Assembly: GCA_965261485.1 (NCBI GenBank)
Contig: CBDHCY010000005.1
Coordinates: 1,484,901 to 1,548,900 of the forward strand
DNA length: 64,000 nt
Direction: 5' to 3'
DNA from: Leptospiria bacterium
Lineage (GTDB): Bacteria > Spirochaetota > Leptospiria > Turneriellales > CBDBES01
The stretch's first letter is position 1, and every line of letters starts with the position of its first letter. Shown here piece by piece: positions 8,470-19,300 of this stretch. Both the position numbers and the translations under genes were made by a program. The notes beneath the pieces were generated by a model, which saw only the letters and a list, made by a program, of their open reading frames with translations, made no database searches and was not told where the DNA came from.

Positions 8470-10471
8470 TTATAGTGGCGGCATTGGCTGAAACTCGTAA
8501 GCACCCATGTCAATGAGAGGGCCTGCACTAGCAGACTTGCCCTTTACAATACGAGGCTTGCCGGCTAGGTCTAGGGCACCTGCTGGGAATAAAGGCGTCC
8601 CACTAGACCCATTACTACCCGCATCAATCGCAGGTGAACCCATCATTAAACTTAAATCATCATCGAGCGTGCCAAAAACATTATCAACACCATCAGCGTC
8701 TGCAAACAGAGGGTCAGCGTCAATGTTATTACCAGTATTACCAGAAGCACAACTATTAGCATGCGTTGATGCCCACCAATTGGTATCCGTGCTACAACCT
8801 TGAATCAGGCTGTGTGAAATAGTAACTGTTCCAGTAGAACTGCTGTTGCAAAAATTCATATTACCTTTTGTTGTCCCTACAGGACAATCTGAGGACATAT
8901 TATCTGAAAAAATAACATTACTCAGTTTTAAACCAGCACCACCATTAAACAGACCGCCACCAGCAGAATCAGACTTATTGCCTAAAAAAGTAACGTTACT
9001 CAAAGTTACATCCTCACCACCATTACGCATACCCCCACCAACAATCTTAGACTTATTGCCTGAGAAAATAACATTACTCAAAATTAAATCCTCACCACCA
9101 TTATTAGAGAACCCGCCGCCGCCCAAAAGGCCAGAACCATGATTACTGGCTGTATTGCCTGAAAAAATAACATTACTCAAAGTCATATTCATACCACCAC
9201 TATTATACATACCGCCGCCAGAATCGGCTAGATTGCCTGAGAAGATAATATTACTCAAAGTTACATTAGCACTACTACCACCATCATTATACAGACCGCC
9301 GCCAGCTGCAGCACTACTACTAGAACCATTTGATAGACCAGCTGTAATCGTAAAGCCCTCTAAAGTTGTATTAGACGCCCCTGTAACAACCGTATAAACA
9401 TTGTTACCCTTAATATCGCTAGTAACTGTGGTGCTACCAGTCATAACTCGATTGGTCGTTTCTGTAACGCCATCAGCATTAACCGTGTCATTATTATCAA
9501 TGTCACCGCTGAGAATAGTTTTATTCACCAGCCAGTTACGCTCACTTAATAAAGTATCTGCGACATCAAAACCACCATAGACCTTGACATTTGATTTCAA
9601 TTGAAAAGTAGCATTTCTCCCAGGAGTTGAAGACGTAGGCGTAGGCTTATAAATACCTTTAGCCACCACAATCTTATTAGTACCTGCAGAAGATGTTAAC
9701 GCTAAGTTTAGAGAGCTATAAGCATTCGACCAACTCGTGCCATCACCTGTACCACTCGCAGCAGCATTCACAAAAATAGTCTTATCAGAACTTTCTCTCG
9801 TTGCTTCGATCTCAACACCCGCGGCATAATTATGGCTTGCATCATAAGCGAAGATTTTATAATAGTAGGCGGTGCCTGCCGTTGTGGCACTAACGCCGAA
9901 ATCAGAAGAATTAGCACTCTGCACCACCTCTGAGCTACCAATATCACCACCAACCGTATATTCTACACCAGCACTAGGCACGTCTGCTATTGAGACTGTG
10001 TTTCTTAAGATTAAAACCCCAGAGAAATCAGCATCTGTCGGGTTTGCCCAAACAATCACGTTTAAGTCTCCAAAAGTAGCACCACTCACCCCAGCTGGTG
10101 CCTCTGTATCTGTTGGATCAGGAATCAACCCGCCGGGATTTTTCCCACTGGGATCTGTTGGGTCAGGGTTCTTTCCGCCGGGCTCTATTGGCACAGCCGG
10201 ATCTTTAGCATCGTCAGAGCAAGAGACGTTAAAGGCAAAAAAAATAAGGATTAATAATAAACCTTGAGTAACCTTGAGTAACCTTGAGTAACCTTGAGTA
10301 ACCTTGAGTAACCTTGAGTAACCTTGAGTAACCTTGAGTAACCTTGAGTAACCTTGAGTAACCTTGAGTAACCTTGAGTAACCTTGAGTAACCTTGAGTA
10401 ACCTTGAGTAACCTTTGAGTAACCTTTGAGTAACCTTTGTGAGTTGATTTAAGTGCTTTTAATAGTTTCAT
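8470..10471 (-). CDS. P3: phase-variable beta-helix surface lipoprotein paralog, currently OFF
   Basis: Body ORF 8470-10194 (574 aa) plus leader ORF 10229-10471 (MKLLKALKSTHKGYSKVTQRLLKV...). The leader frame ends in ...FIINPYFFCL*, which is the lipobox region read in the wrong frame. Confidence 0.8.
10262..10436 (-). repeat. decamer tract, 15 perfect copies plus two 11-bp variants (CCTTTGAGTAA)
   Basis: Counted directly: perfect units run from 10262 to 10411, with variant units at 10412-10433. Confidence 0.95.
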
Positions 10472-10475
10472 GTCT

Positions 10476-10504
10476 TCTTATCGTACACAAGGATAATCTG
10501 TCAA
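10476..10504 (-). promoter_or_regulatory. candidate promoter of P3 (TTGACA-17-ATAAGA)
   Basis: Same sequence and spacing as P1 and P2. The -10 is at 10481-10476 and the -35 at 10504-10499. Confidence 0.35.
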
Positions 10505-10756
10505 TAAAAAAATGTTTTTTATAATTTATGAATAAATGAAATGAGTAAAAAAATCAAATATAATAAAATTATATTTGATAAATTCCATGCATAAAATAAA
10601 ATGACTCGCATTATATATACTCATCTAAAATTAATCGTAAGAAAAGAGTATTTATAAAAGGAGTTAATAAAAGCGATAAAATTATCGCTTCATTAAAACT
10701 AAATTGACATAGTATTGTGATCATATTAGTTTTAATGAAGAAATAAAAGTAAATAG

Positions 10757-12787
10757 ATGCCCACTTTAAAAAAAACTAAAGAATCGTTACTCCCATGGAA
10801 AAAAGAATTTTTTAAAAATATTGGTGTTTTTGAATCATTGGGGTTGCCAAAAGAAAAAGCTCAAGAGCTTCTAAATGGTTTTTTACAACTAATCAATAAA
10901 AGAGGAATACCTAAAGTTTTAGACGTTCTTCATGATGTTTCTAAATTATCAAAATTAGGAACATATACAGAGCACGAAAAGGAAGTTAGAGGGTTTATGA
11001 GTAAATTTCTTTCGCCTTTTTTATCTAAATTTAAACTCAAAGGAGAAAAGAATCTTGAAATATTAGCACAACTGATTGGAAAATTTCCCATTACGATTGT
11101 AGCGAATCATATTAGTCATTTTGATGCTGGTGTACTATTTATGGTGCTTTATAAAGAAGGAGGTTTAGCCCGTAAATTAGCGGAAAATATGGTATTCATT
11201 GCTGGTAGGCCTGTTTTTCAAACACATTTTACCCGTGCTGCTTTAGGAATGCTTAATAGCCTTTTGGTTTGTTCTCGTAAAGATCTTGTAGATAATATGG
11301 GCGCTGCTGATATCATGACAAAAGTCAATATACATTCTTTTAGACATTCAAATAGACTCCAAAAAGAAGGCAAGATCATTGTCATATTTCCAGAAGGAAC
11401 AAGAAGTAGAACAGGTCAGTTGCTTAAATTTGTAGATACTGTTTATCATTATGTCGCCAATAAAATTGTGATTCCTATCTCTTTATCTGGAACCGATGAT
11501 GTTTTACCTCCAAATTCTTTTATCTTTAATTCAGTAGCTGGCAGTATCACGATCGATAAACCTGTTTTTATATCTAGTTCAAAAAATAAGATCCCTCCTG
11601 AATTACCTGATACAATTCATCAGATTTTCCCTACAGAAGATAAAAATAAAAAAACTTACTGTCTTGATTCTCTTGCAACGCTTATTGGAAAAAACCTAGA
11701 GATTCATCGTCATGGTGCGTATCGAAATTTATACCAAGATGACCTTAATGTAAGTGAAAAAAATGTTCTTATTCGGGTTAATAAAAAATCTAGCCAAAAT
11801 ATTGTAGTAATTGGGCATTCAAATTTTTCTACAGCGATTGCTTCTGTGCTTGCAAATAAAAAAAATGTTAATATTAAAATATTTATTCATGATAAAAAAA
11901 AGATAAATTCTTTTAATGCTGATCAGTATGATCTTGAAAACTATCCTTTTTTTAAATTACCTCCTAATATTAAATTTACTTCTGATATTGAGGCAATCAA
12001 AAAAGGAACAATTTTTATTCAAGCGGTTCAGCCATGGATGTTAGATATTTATTATGACAACTTAGTGCCTATTTTAAAAAATACTGAAGGAGCTATTATC
12101 AATGTTATGAAAGGCTTTACAAAATCTCAGTACGGACTCATTTTGTCTGATCTTGAAAAAATATATGGGTTAAAACGTAATAGATTGGTTGCTTTAGCGG
12201 GTTCTAATTATCCTGATCAAATTATGGAGAGAAAAATTACGGGTTTTGAATTAGCTGCTGGTGAGCCGAAGTTACTAAACGATTTAATTTATCTTTTTAA
12301 TACTGGTTATATCTCCACTCATCGAGCAGCTATTTCCAATGATATCAAAGGAGTTCAAATTGGTGGTTCTCTTCGCACTATTTATGCCATGTTAATTGGA
12401 ATGCTTGATGCTTATTACGAAAAAAGATTAGGCGGAAATAACGACAGCACTTTATTTCATTTATCAAATAAAATGTTTTTAGAGATGGTCACACTTGGAG
12501 TTAAAATGGGAGGTAAACGTGAAACTTTTTACGGGCTATCCGGATTAACCGACTTAATGCTTACTTGCTTTGGTTTTGATACACGAGATCGTCATTATGG
12601 CCATGAGTTTATTTTTGGTAGAGCAAATTCTCTCAAAAAATCTTCGGGAATAAGGAATCTTCAAACTTTAACACGTCTTCTAGAAACTGATATAAAAGAA
12701 TATCCCCTTTTATCGATTATCACTCAAATAATCTTAAATAAAGCAACTCCTGAGAAAGTCTTAAAAAGGATTCTTCTTTCGTACTGA
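10757..12787 (+). CDS. fusion protein: N-terminal lysophospholipid (PlsC-type) acyltransferase and C-terminal glycerol-3-phosphate dehydrogenase (GpsA)-like domain
   Basis: Acyltransferase HX4D motif NHISHFD and FPEGTRS in the N-terminal half. The C-terminal half aligns by eye with GpsA (DIKGVQIGGSLRTIYAM and GLSGLTDLMLTC..DTRDRHYG). Confidence 0.7.
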   Translation: MPTLKKTKESLLPWKKEFFKNIGVFESLGLPKEKAQELLNGFLQLINKRGIPKVLDVLHDVSKLSKLGTYTEHEKEVRGFMSKFLSPFLSKFKLKGEKNLEILAQLIGKFPITIVANHISHFDAGVLFMVLYKEGGLARKLAENMVFIAGRPVFQTHFTRAALGMLNSLLVCSRKDLVDNMGAADIMTKVNIHSFRHSNRLQKEGKIIVIFPEGTRSRTGQLLKFVDTVYHYVANKIVIPISLSGTDDVLPPNSFIFNSVAGSITIDKPVFISSSKNKIPPELPDTIHQIFPTEDKNKKTYCLDSLATLIGKNLEIHRHGAYRNLYQDDLNVSEKNVLIRVNKKSSQNIVVIGHSNFSTAIASVLANKKNVNIKIFIHDKKKINSFNADQYDLENYPFFKLPPNIKFTSDIEAIKKGTIFIQAVQPWMLDIYYDNLVPILKNTEGAIINVMKGFTKSQYGLILSDLEKIYGLKRNRLVALAGSNYPDQIMERKITGFELAAGEPKLLNDLIYLFNTGYISTHRAAISNDIKGVQIGGSLRTIYAMLIGMLDAYYEKRLGGNNDSTLFHLSNKMFLEMVTLGVKMGGKRETFYGLSGLTDLMLTCFGFDTRDRHYGHEFIFGRANSLKKSSGIRNLQTLTRLLETDIKEYPLLSIITQIILNKATPEKVLKRILLSY

Positions 12788-12804
12788 TATTTTAAAGATA
12801 AAGA

Positions 12805-13680
12805 ATGATGAGTTTAACTGGTACATTTACTGCACTTGTGACTCCCTTTAAAAAATCAGGGGATATTGATTGGAGCAGTTTTGAAAGATTAGTAAAAATT
12901 CAAGTGGAAAGTGGTATAGATGGTCTTGTTCCTTGTGGTACAACAGGAGAAAGCCCCACTTTAACTCATGATGAACACCGTGAAGTCATCGCTAAAGTAA
13001 CTACATGGGCAAAAAAAAGTAATTCAGATGTGATTATTATTGCAGGTACAGGTTCTAATTCTACGCTTGAGGCCATTGAACTCACTGAGTCGGCATCTAC
13101 CGAGGGTGCCGATTATTCACTTCAAGTAAATCCATATTATAATAAACCAACTCAGGAAGGGCTTTATCAACATTTTAAAAAAATTGCAGATGAATCAAAA
13201 ATTCCTATTGTTTTATATAATATTCCAGGAAGAACATCTGTAAAGATTGAATTTGAAACAATTAAAAATTTATCAAAACATAAAAAAATTGTTGGAATTA
13301 AAGAAGCTACAGGAGATTTGAACCTCATGACTGAAATTATAAATAATACAGAAAAAAATTTTACATTATTGTCAGGTGATGATAATTTACTTTTACCAAT
13401 TTTATCAATTGGCGGACAAGGCATCGTGAGTGTATGCTCCAATATCTTTCCAAAACAAATATGTCAAATTACACGTGATTGCCTTACTGGTAATTATAAA
13501 CGGGCTCAAGAGTCCTTTCATAAAATCTTCAATTTTTGCCAAAGTCTATTTTGTGAAACTAATCCAATACCTGTAAAATACGCACTGTCTGAAATGGGTG
13601 TTTGTGAGAATATTTTAAGATTACCACTCACACCTCTCTCAAAAAAATATGAAGATCTAATTAAAAGCCAACTTTCATGA
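12805..13680 (+). CDS. dapA: 4-hydroxy-tetrahydrodipicolinate synthase
   Basis: Typical DapA motifs: LVPCGTTGESPTLTHDEH, YNKPTQEGLYQHF and NIPGRT. Length 291 aa. Confidence 0.93.
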   Translation: MMSLTGTFTALVTPFKKSGDIDWSSFERLVKIQVESGIDGLVPCGTTGESPTLTHDEHREVIAKVTTWAKKSNSDVIIIAGTGSNSTLEAIELTESASTEGADYSLQVNPYYNKPTQEGLYQHFKKIADESKIPIVLYNIPGRTSVKIEFETIKNLSKHKKIVGIKEATGDLNLMTEIINNTEKNFTLLSGDDNLLLPILSIGGQGIVSVCSNIFPKQICQITRDCLTGNYKRAQESFHKIFNFCQSLFCETNPIPVKYALSEMGVCENILRLPLTPLSKKYEDLIKSQLS

Positions 13681-14477
13681 ATTTTGGTTTAGTAGGAGCT
13701 ATGGGAAAGATGGGGAGAACGATTTCCCATCTTTCCCACAGCTCAAAAGAACTACAATTAAATGCTGCTATAGAAAGATCAGATAATCCTTATATCGGTG
13801 AAAAATATGGTTCTTTGATTAACATTCAGCAATATGACTTCTCATTGATAACATCTGAGGAGCTTAACAAAGTTAATATTGAAGGTTTAATTGATTTTTC
13901 ATTCCCTACGTCAACATTGGTTATCCTCGAAAAAGCTTTAGAAAAGAAAATTCCTATTGTAATTGGTACAACGGGGTTCAAGCAGGAAGAAATAAAAAAA
14001 ATTAACGAGGCATCTAAACAAATTCCAATTTTACTCTCATCAAATATGTCATTAGGAGTAAATTTAATTTTCTGGCTAGTTAAAAAGGCAAGTCAAGTTT
14101 TAAAAAATTATTCATTTGATCCTGAACTTATTGAAATTCATCACAATCAAAAAAAAGATGCTCCTTCTGGAACAGCTAAAACATTAGAAGAAATTATTCT
14201 TAAAGAATATGGGTGGGATGAGAAAAGTTTATTACGTGGGAGATCAGGTCTACTGAAAGCTCGATCTGAAAAAGAATTGGGCTCACATTCTCTTAGAGGA
14301 GGAGATGTTGTTGGAGAGCACTCCACTTATTTTTTTGGTGAAGGAGAACGAATCACTCTTTCACATCAAGCAACAGATCGTAATATTTTTGCTTCAGGTG
14401 CATTAAATGCACTGATTTTTTTATCATCAAAGAATGCAGGGCTCTATAATATGCAAGATGTATTGTCTCTAACCTAA
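13677..14477 (+). CDS. dapB: 4-hydroxy-tetrahydrodipicolinate reductase
   Basis: EIHHNQKKDAPSGTA signature. ATGA start/stop overlap with dapA. Confidence 0.9.
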   Translation: MNFGLVGAMGKMGRTISHLSHSSKELQLNAAIERSDNPYIGEKYGSLINIQQYDFSLITSEELNKVNIEGLIDFSFPTSTLVILEKALEKKIPIVIGTTGFKQEEIKKINEASKQIPILLSSNMSLGVNLIFWLVKKASQVLKNYSFDPELIEIHHNQKKDAPSGTAKTLEEIILKEYGWDEKSLLRGRSGLLKARSEKELGSHSLRGGDVVGEHSTYFFGEGERITLSHQATDRNIFASGALNALIFLSSKNAGLYNMQDVLSLT

Positions 14478-14504
14478 TTTTTTCGAGTTTTAAAATATAT
14501 TTGT

Positions 14505-15824
14505 ATGAATCAGACAACATCTAGAGAGCACTTCATTATTGAAGGGAAAAATCAGATATCAGGTATCATTGAGCCTCAAGGCAATAAAAATGAAGCTCTT
14601 CCCATTTTATGTTGTAGTTTACTCAATAAAAATCAATTGAGTATATATAACATCCCCCTAATTACAGATATTCAACAATTACTTAAAATACTTAAATTTT
14701 TAGGAGCAGAGATTAAAATAATATCGAAGGAAAAGCCTTCTGAAATACAAATTAATACCTCTAATGTTCATTACTCAGATCTTCCGGCCGAATTAGTTCA
14801 GCTACTGAGAGGCTCAATTACTTTAATCGCTCCGATGCTGGCTAGATTTAAAAGAGTTGTTTTACCTAGGCCCGGTGGAGATAAAATTGGTCGCAGAAGG
14901 ATAGATACCCATCTATTAGCACTAAAAGCTTTAGGGGCTTCTGTTGAAGTTCTAAAAAATTCTTATCATCTGAAAGCAGAAAGGTTGATTGGTACATCAA
15001 TTTTATTAGATGAATGCTCTGTAACCGCTACTGAAAATACAATTATGGCCGCGGCTGTAGCGTGCGGAGAAACTATTATAGAAAATGCTGCATCAGAGCC
15101 ACATGTTCAAGGGCTTTGTAAGTTCCTTCAGAATCAGGGTGTGGATATTCGGGGTATTGGAAGTAATCAGCTTAAAATAACAGGTGTTGAAGATTATAAA
15201 AATCTGACCCCCGCAAAACATACTATTGCTCCAGATTATCTGGAGATTGGTGGTTTTATCTCTATGGCAGCTTTAACAAATGGTGAGCTTCTTATTAAGA
15301 ATGTCGTCAAACGCGACCTAAGAATGATTCAATTTGTATATCAAAAGTTAGGTATTGAAATAGAATATCGTAATTCAGATGTTTGGATTGGTAAAAATCA
15401 GATGTTAAAAATAAAATCTGATATTCATGGGGATATTCCTAAAATTGATGATGCCCCTTGGCCTGGGTTTCCTGCCGACCTAATTTCAAATGTACTCGTT
15501 ACTGCAACACAATGCCATGGTACTATGCTAATCTATGAAAAACTTTTTGAAAGTCGTCTTTTTTTTACAGATAGACTAATTAGTATGGGAGGGCGGCTGG
15601 TTCTCTGTGATCCACATCGTGTGATCACAATTGGTCCTTCAGAACTAAGTGGTTCTCGTATGGTATCGCCTGATATTAGAGCTGGAATGGCTCTGGTGAT
15701 TGCTGCCTTATGTGCAGAAGGTAAATCAGAGATTCACAATATTTTACAAATTGATCGTGGTTATGAAAATGTTGATAAAAGACTCTGTGGAATAGGAGCT
15801 AATATTCAAAGGATAAAAGAATAA
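14505..15824 (+). CDS. murA: UDP-N-acetylglucosamine 1-carboxyvinyltransferase
   Basis: GNKNEALP near the N-terminus and active-site loop LPRPGGDKIGRRRIDTH. Length 439 aa. Asp126 occupies the position of the catalytic Cys. Confidence 0.93.
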   Translation: MNQTTSREHFIIEGKNQISGIIEPQGNKNEALPILCCSLLNKNQLSIYNIPLITDIQQLLKILKFLGAEIKIISKEKPSEIQINTSNVHYSDLPAELVQLLRGSITLIAPMLARFKRVVLPRPGGDKIGRRRIDTHLLALKALGASVEVLKNSYHLKAERLIGTSILLDECSVTATENTIMAAAVACGETIIENAASEPHVQGLCKFLQNQGVDIRGIGSNQLKITGVEDYKNLTPAKHTIAPDYLEIGGFISMAALTNGELLIKNVVKRDLRMIQFVYQKLGIEIEYRNSDVWIGKNQMLKIKSDIHGDIPKIDDAPWPGFPADLISNVLVTATQCHGTMLIYEKLFESRLFFTDRLISMGGRLVLCDPHRVITIGPSELSGSRMVSPDIRAGMALVIAALCAEGKSEIHNILQIDRGYENVDKRLCGIGANIQRIKE

Positions 15825-15873
15825 ATAAAATACTTGCTTTGGGGTAATTGTTGTCGCTACCTCTACCCAACAA

Positions 15874-16315
15874 GCAAGGCACCACTCGTAACTGGCGGTC
15901 AACCACTCTCGCCCAAGCGAGCAAGGCACCACTCGTAACTGTTGGTCAACCACTCTCGCCCAGCGAGCAAGGCACCACTCGTAACTGGCGGTCAACCACT
16001 CTCGCCCAAGCGAGCAAGGCACCACTCGTAACTGGCGGTCAACCACTCTCGCCCAAGCGAGCAAGGCACCACTCGTAACTGTTGGTCAACCACTCTCGCC
16101 CAGCGAGCAAGGCACCACTCGTAACTGGCGGTCAACCACTCTCGCCCAAGCGAGCAAGGCACCACTCGCAACTGGCGGTCAACCACTCTCGCCCAGCGAG
16201 CAAGGTACCACTCGTAACTGGCGGTCAACCACTCTCGCCCAAGCGAGCAAGGCACCACTCGCAACTGGCGGTCAACCACTCTCGCCCAGCGAGCAAGGCA
16301 CCACTCGTAACTGTT
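15874..16315. repeat. GC-rich 46/47-bp tandem minisatellite (9 full units plus a partial unit)
   Basis: The unit is GCAAGGCACCACTCGTAACTGGCGGTCAACCACTCTCGCCCAAGCGA. Unit starts are at 15874, 15921, 15967, 16014, 16061, 16107, 16154, 16200, 16247 and 16293, giving lengths 47, 46, 47, 47, 46, 47, 46, 47 and 46. The array fills the convergent gap between murA and the 1150-aa surface protein gene. Confidence 0.9.
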
Positions 16316-16325
16316 GATTGTCCGT

Positions 16326-19300
16326 CTATCGTTGTTGCCCAGCGATCAGATCGCCGTATGACCCACACAAATCAGTGATGGATAGGGTGCTCGTATCAAC
16401 GGTTGAGACGCAAAGCTTAACCGCAGGCAACTGCTCGTCGGTTCCTAGCTCCCAAGCTTTTGTGTCATCCTCCATCATATCGTTAGGAGTCATATCATGA
16501 GGCAAACCATCAGGATGCATGCCACTTATGGCTTTTAGTTGCATTAACGTAAGGCCCGTCGCACCTGATACGTCCGTCACCATCACAACACCTCCCATTT
16601 CTGAAACCGCAGCATTACCCTGTGCCCGCTTGGGGCTTTGGGGAGTCACAGTCATTCCATTAGTTATTTCTTGAGATACCTCTGTATTCCAATAACTATC
16701 TGTAACTGTTAAAGAAGTCAAAGGATTATCAAAATAACCCACTAAACCGCCAGAATAAAGATTGGAGGATCCAGATCCAGACTCGGATTCAGACTCAGAT
16801 TCAGACTCAGATTCAGACTCAGATTCAGATTCAGAGGACCCAAAGGAATTAGAGGAAGAAATTTCAGCAGAACATGCCATCATGGAGGGGGGGCTGCTCA
16901 TAGAAGGGGGGCTGCTCACAGGAGGACAATCAAGCCCACCAAAATAACTATTCTCAATTGTCAAAAATTTAGAATAACCCACTAATCCACCAGAAGCAGC
17001 TTTAGAAGAAGAAGAAGAAGAGATTTTACCAAGACCAGTAAAATAACTATTCTCAATTGTCAAATTAGCACGCATGCCCGTTTCACCTACAATACCACCA
17101 GAATAAGAAGAAGAGGAAGAAGAGGAAAGAGGCTGAAAAGAAGAAGAAGATAAAATATTAATATCTCCACTAAAATAACTATTTTGAATTATTAAATCAG
17201 TTTCAGCATACCCAACGAGACCTCCAGAAGCAGAAAATCTATTAGTATTAAAAGATAATTTAGAAGAAGAGATTTCACTTTCATCACTACCAGAGAAAGA
17301 ACTATAACTATTGATAATTGTTATGGCAATATCAGCATCAGTCATTCTAGAGATTAATGTCTTACCCACCAGACCGCCAGCAGTAGAAGAAAAAGAAGAA
17401 GCAAGAGAAGTGATTTTATTGTTACCACTACCAGAGAAAGAACTATAACTATTGATAATTGTTATAGCAAAATTAGAGGTATTAGAATTATCCAATCCAG
17501 CTTGACCGATTAGCCCGCCAGATGAAGAACGAGAAGCAGAAGAAGAAATTTTTTTCTCACCATTACCAGAAAAAAAACTACGACTATTGTCAATTGTGAG
17601 ATTAATATTGACAGGGTTATCAGAACTGCAATCAGAGTTATCAGAATTGCAATCAGACATAAGTATTTGACCCATCAACCCACCAGATGAAGAACGAGAA
17701 ACAGAAGTGCTAGAAGAAGCAGAAGTGATTTTATGAGCATAATTACCAGAAAAAGAACTAAAACTATTCTTAATCATTATATCAGCATTCGTATTTGATA
17801 CCTCAGTGTGCCCTATTAAACCACCAGAAAAAGAAAGCTCTAAAGAGAAAGAAGAGATTTTATCATCATCATCACCAATACGAATACCAGAGAAAGAACT
17901 AGAACTGTTCTTAATCATTATATTGTTAGCCTTTCCCATAATCTTCAAAGATTTCACATTGCCCACCAAGCCACCGGAAAAAGAAGAGGAAGAAGAAGAA
18001 GAAATGATTTCATTACCAGAGAAAGAACTACCCGTTATCGTCAATGAACCAATTATACGACCTGCTAAACCACCTGAGTAAGCGAAAGATCGATCACGAC
18101 CAGCCATTACAACAGGAGCATAAGATAAGGCTCCGCCACCAGAAAAACTACTATTTGTGATCATCAAATTAACGAAAGCCCCCCCCACTAAACCGCCCGA
18201 ATAAGAATAAGAACAATTACCGTTAAAAGTAGAGATCAAACAAGCATCAACAGAAGACGAATAAGAAGAAACTTCATTAAATCCACTAAAAGTACAATTT
18301 TCGATCGCCAAAGAAGATTTAGCATAACCGACCAAACCACCTGAATAAGCAACACCAGAACTGAAAGCACGGGAATATATCGAACCCAAACTGACCTCCA
18401 CGTTGCGTATTTCAGATTCTCCACCATCGGTAGCACCAAACAGACCAGCGTAAACTTCATCTGACTGAGAACGAATATTCACCCATAGGTTGGTTATGGT
18501 ATGTCTATTACCTTCAAAAATACCCGTGAAGGGATTATTACCATCACCAATAGGTATCCAACTAATGTCTTTGTTTGTATCAATGACACTTACTTGATCA
18601 TTTGAGTCAGAAGTATTACTATTACCATTTTTATCAATGTCAACCATCGTTGTATCAATACCCCTACTTTTATTTGCATCAAGCAAACTCAAAAGATCAA
18701 TGTTCGTTGTCAACTCATAGCCTTTACAGACACCCGATGGGCAACCACCTGAAATACCAGGATCACTACTCGAAGTTTTATAGCTAGCACCCGATAAATC
18801 GTAGCGAATGTTGTGGAGCATTATATCATTATCAATTTCGATGAGACCATCGTGATCCATGTCAACCTCATCATTATTGATCAAAGAAAATGCAACCTCT
18901 TCAAGATTTGAAAAACTAACTTGGTTAAAATTTGAATCAGTCGTGGTTACACGATGTTTAAGAGTATAAAAAAAATCATAGCTCTTTTCAGAATCTTCGA
19001 GATAGCAAATTTCAATCTCTTTAGATATATTAAAATTTGTGGAATCAAAAGTAATACTTGTTGGGTCTATGCTTGGCATCACTCTAAAAGGTAGAATTGT
19101 CTCTGAATAAATCTCGATGGTGAGGTTAGTAATAGGTCTTTTATCCACCAAAGTTGATCTTGTTCTTGAATCAATCTCTATTGTGAAATCAGTATTCGTT
19201 TCTTCTAACAAACGTATTGAATAATGTCCGCAAGTTCCTCCTTCATTAAGGTTAATATTCCGTGCAGTTATTGTTACTCCTTTAAGTTTAAGTGAAGTAT

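Noticed and set aside
15744-16378. ORFs 15744-16064(-), 15848-16078(+), 15992-16279(-) and 16082-16378(+) with 31-aa periodic translations.
   Set aside because: They lie entirely in the 46/47-bp minisatellite. A 47+46 pair is 93 bp, which keeps several frames open on both strands. Being open in many frames at once argues against coding.
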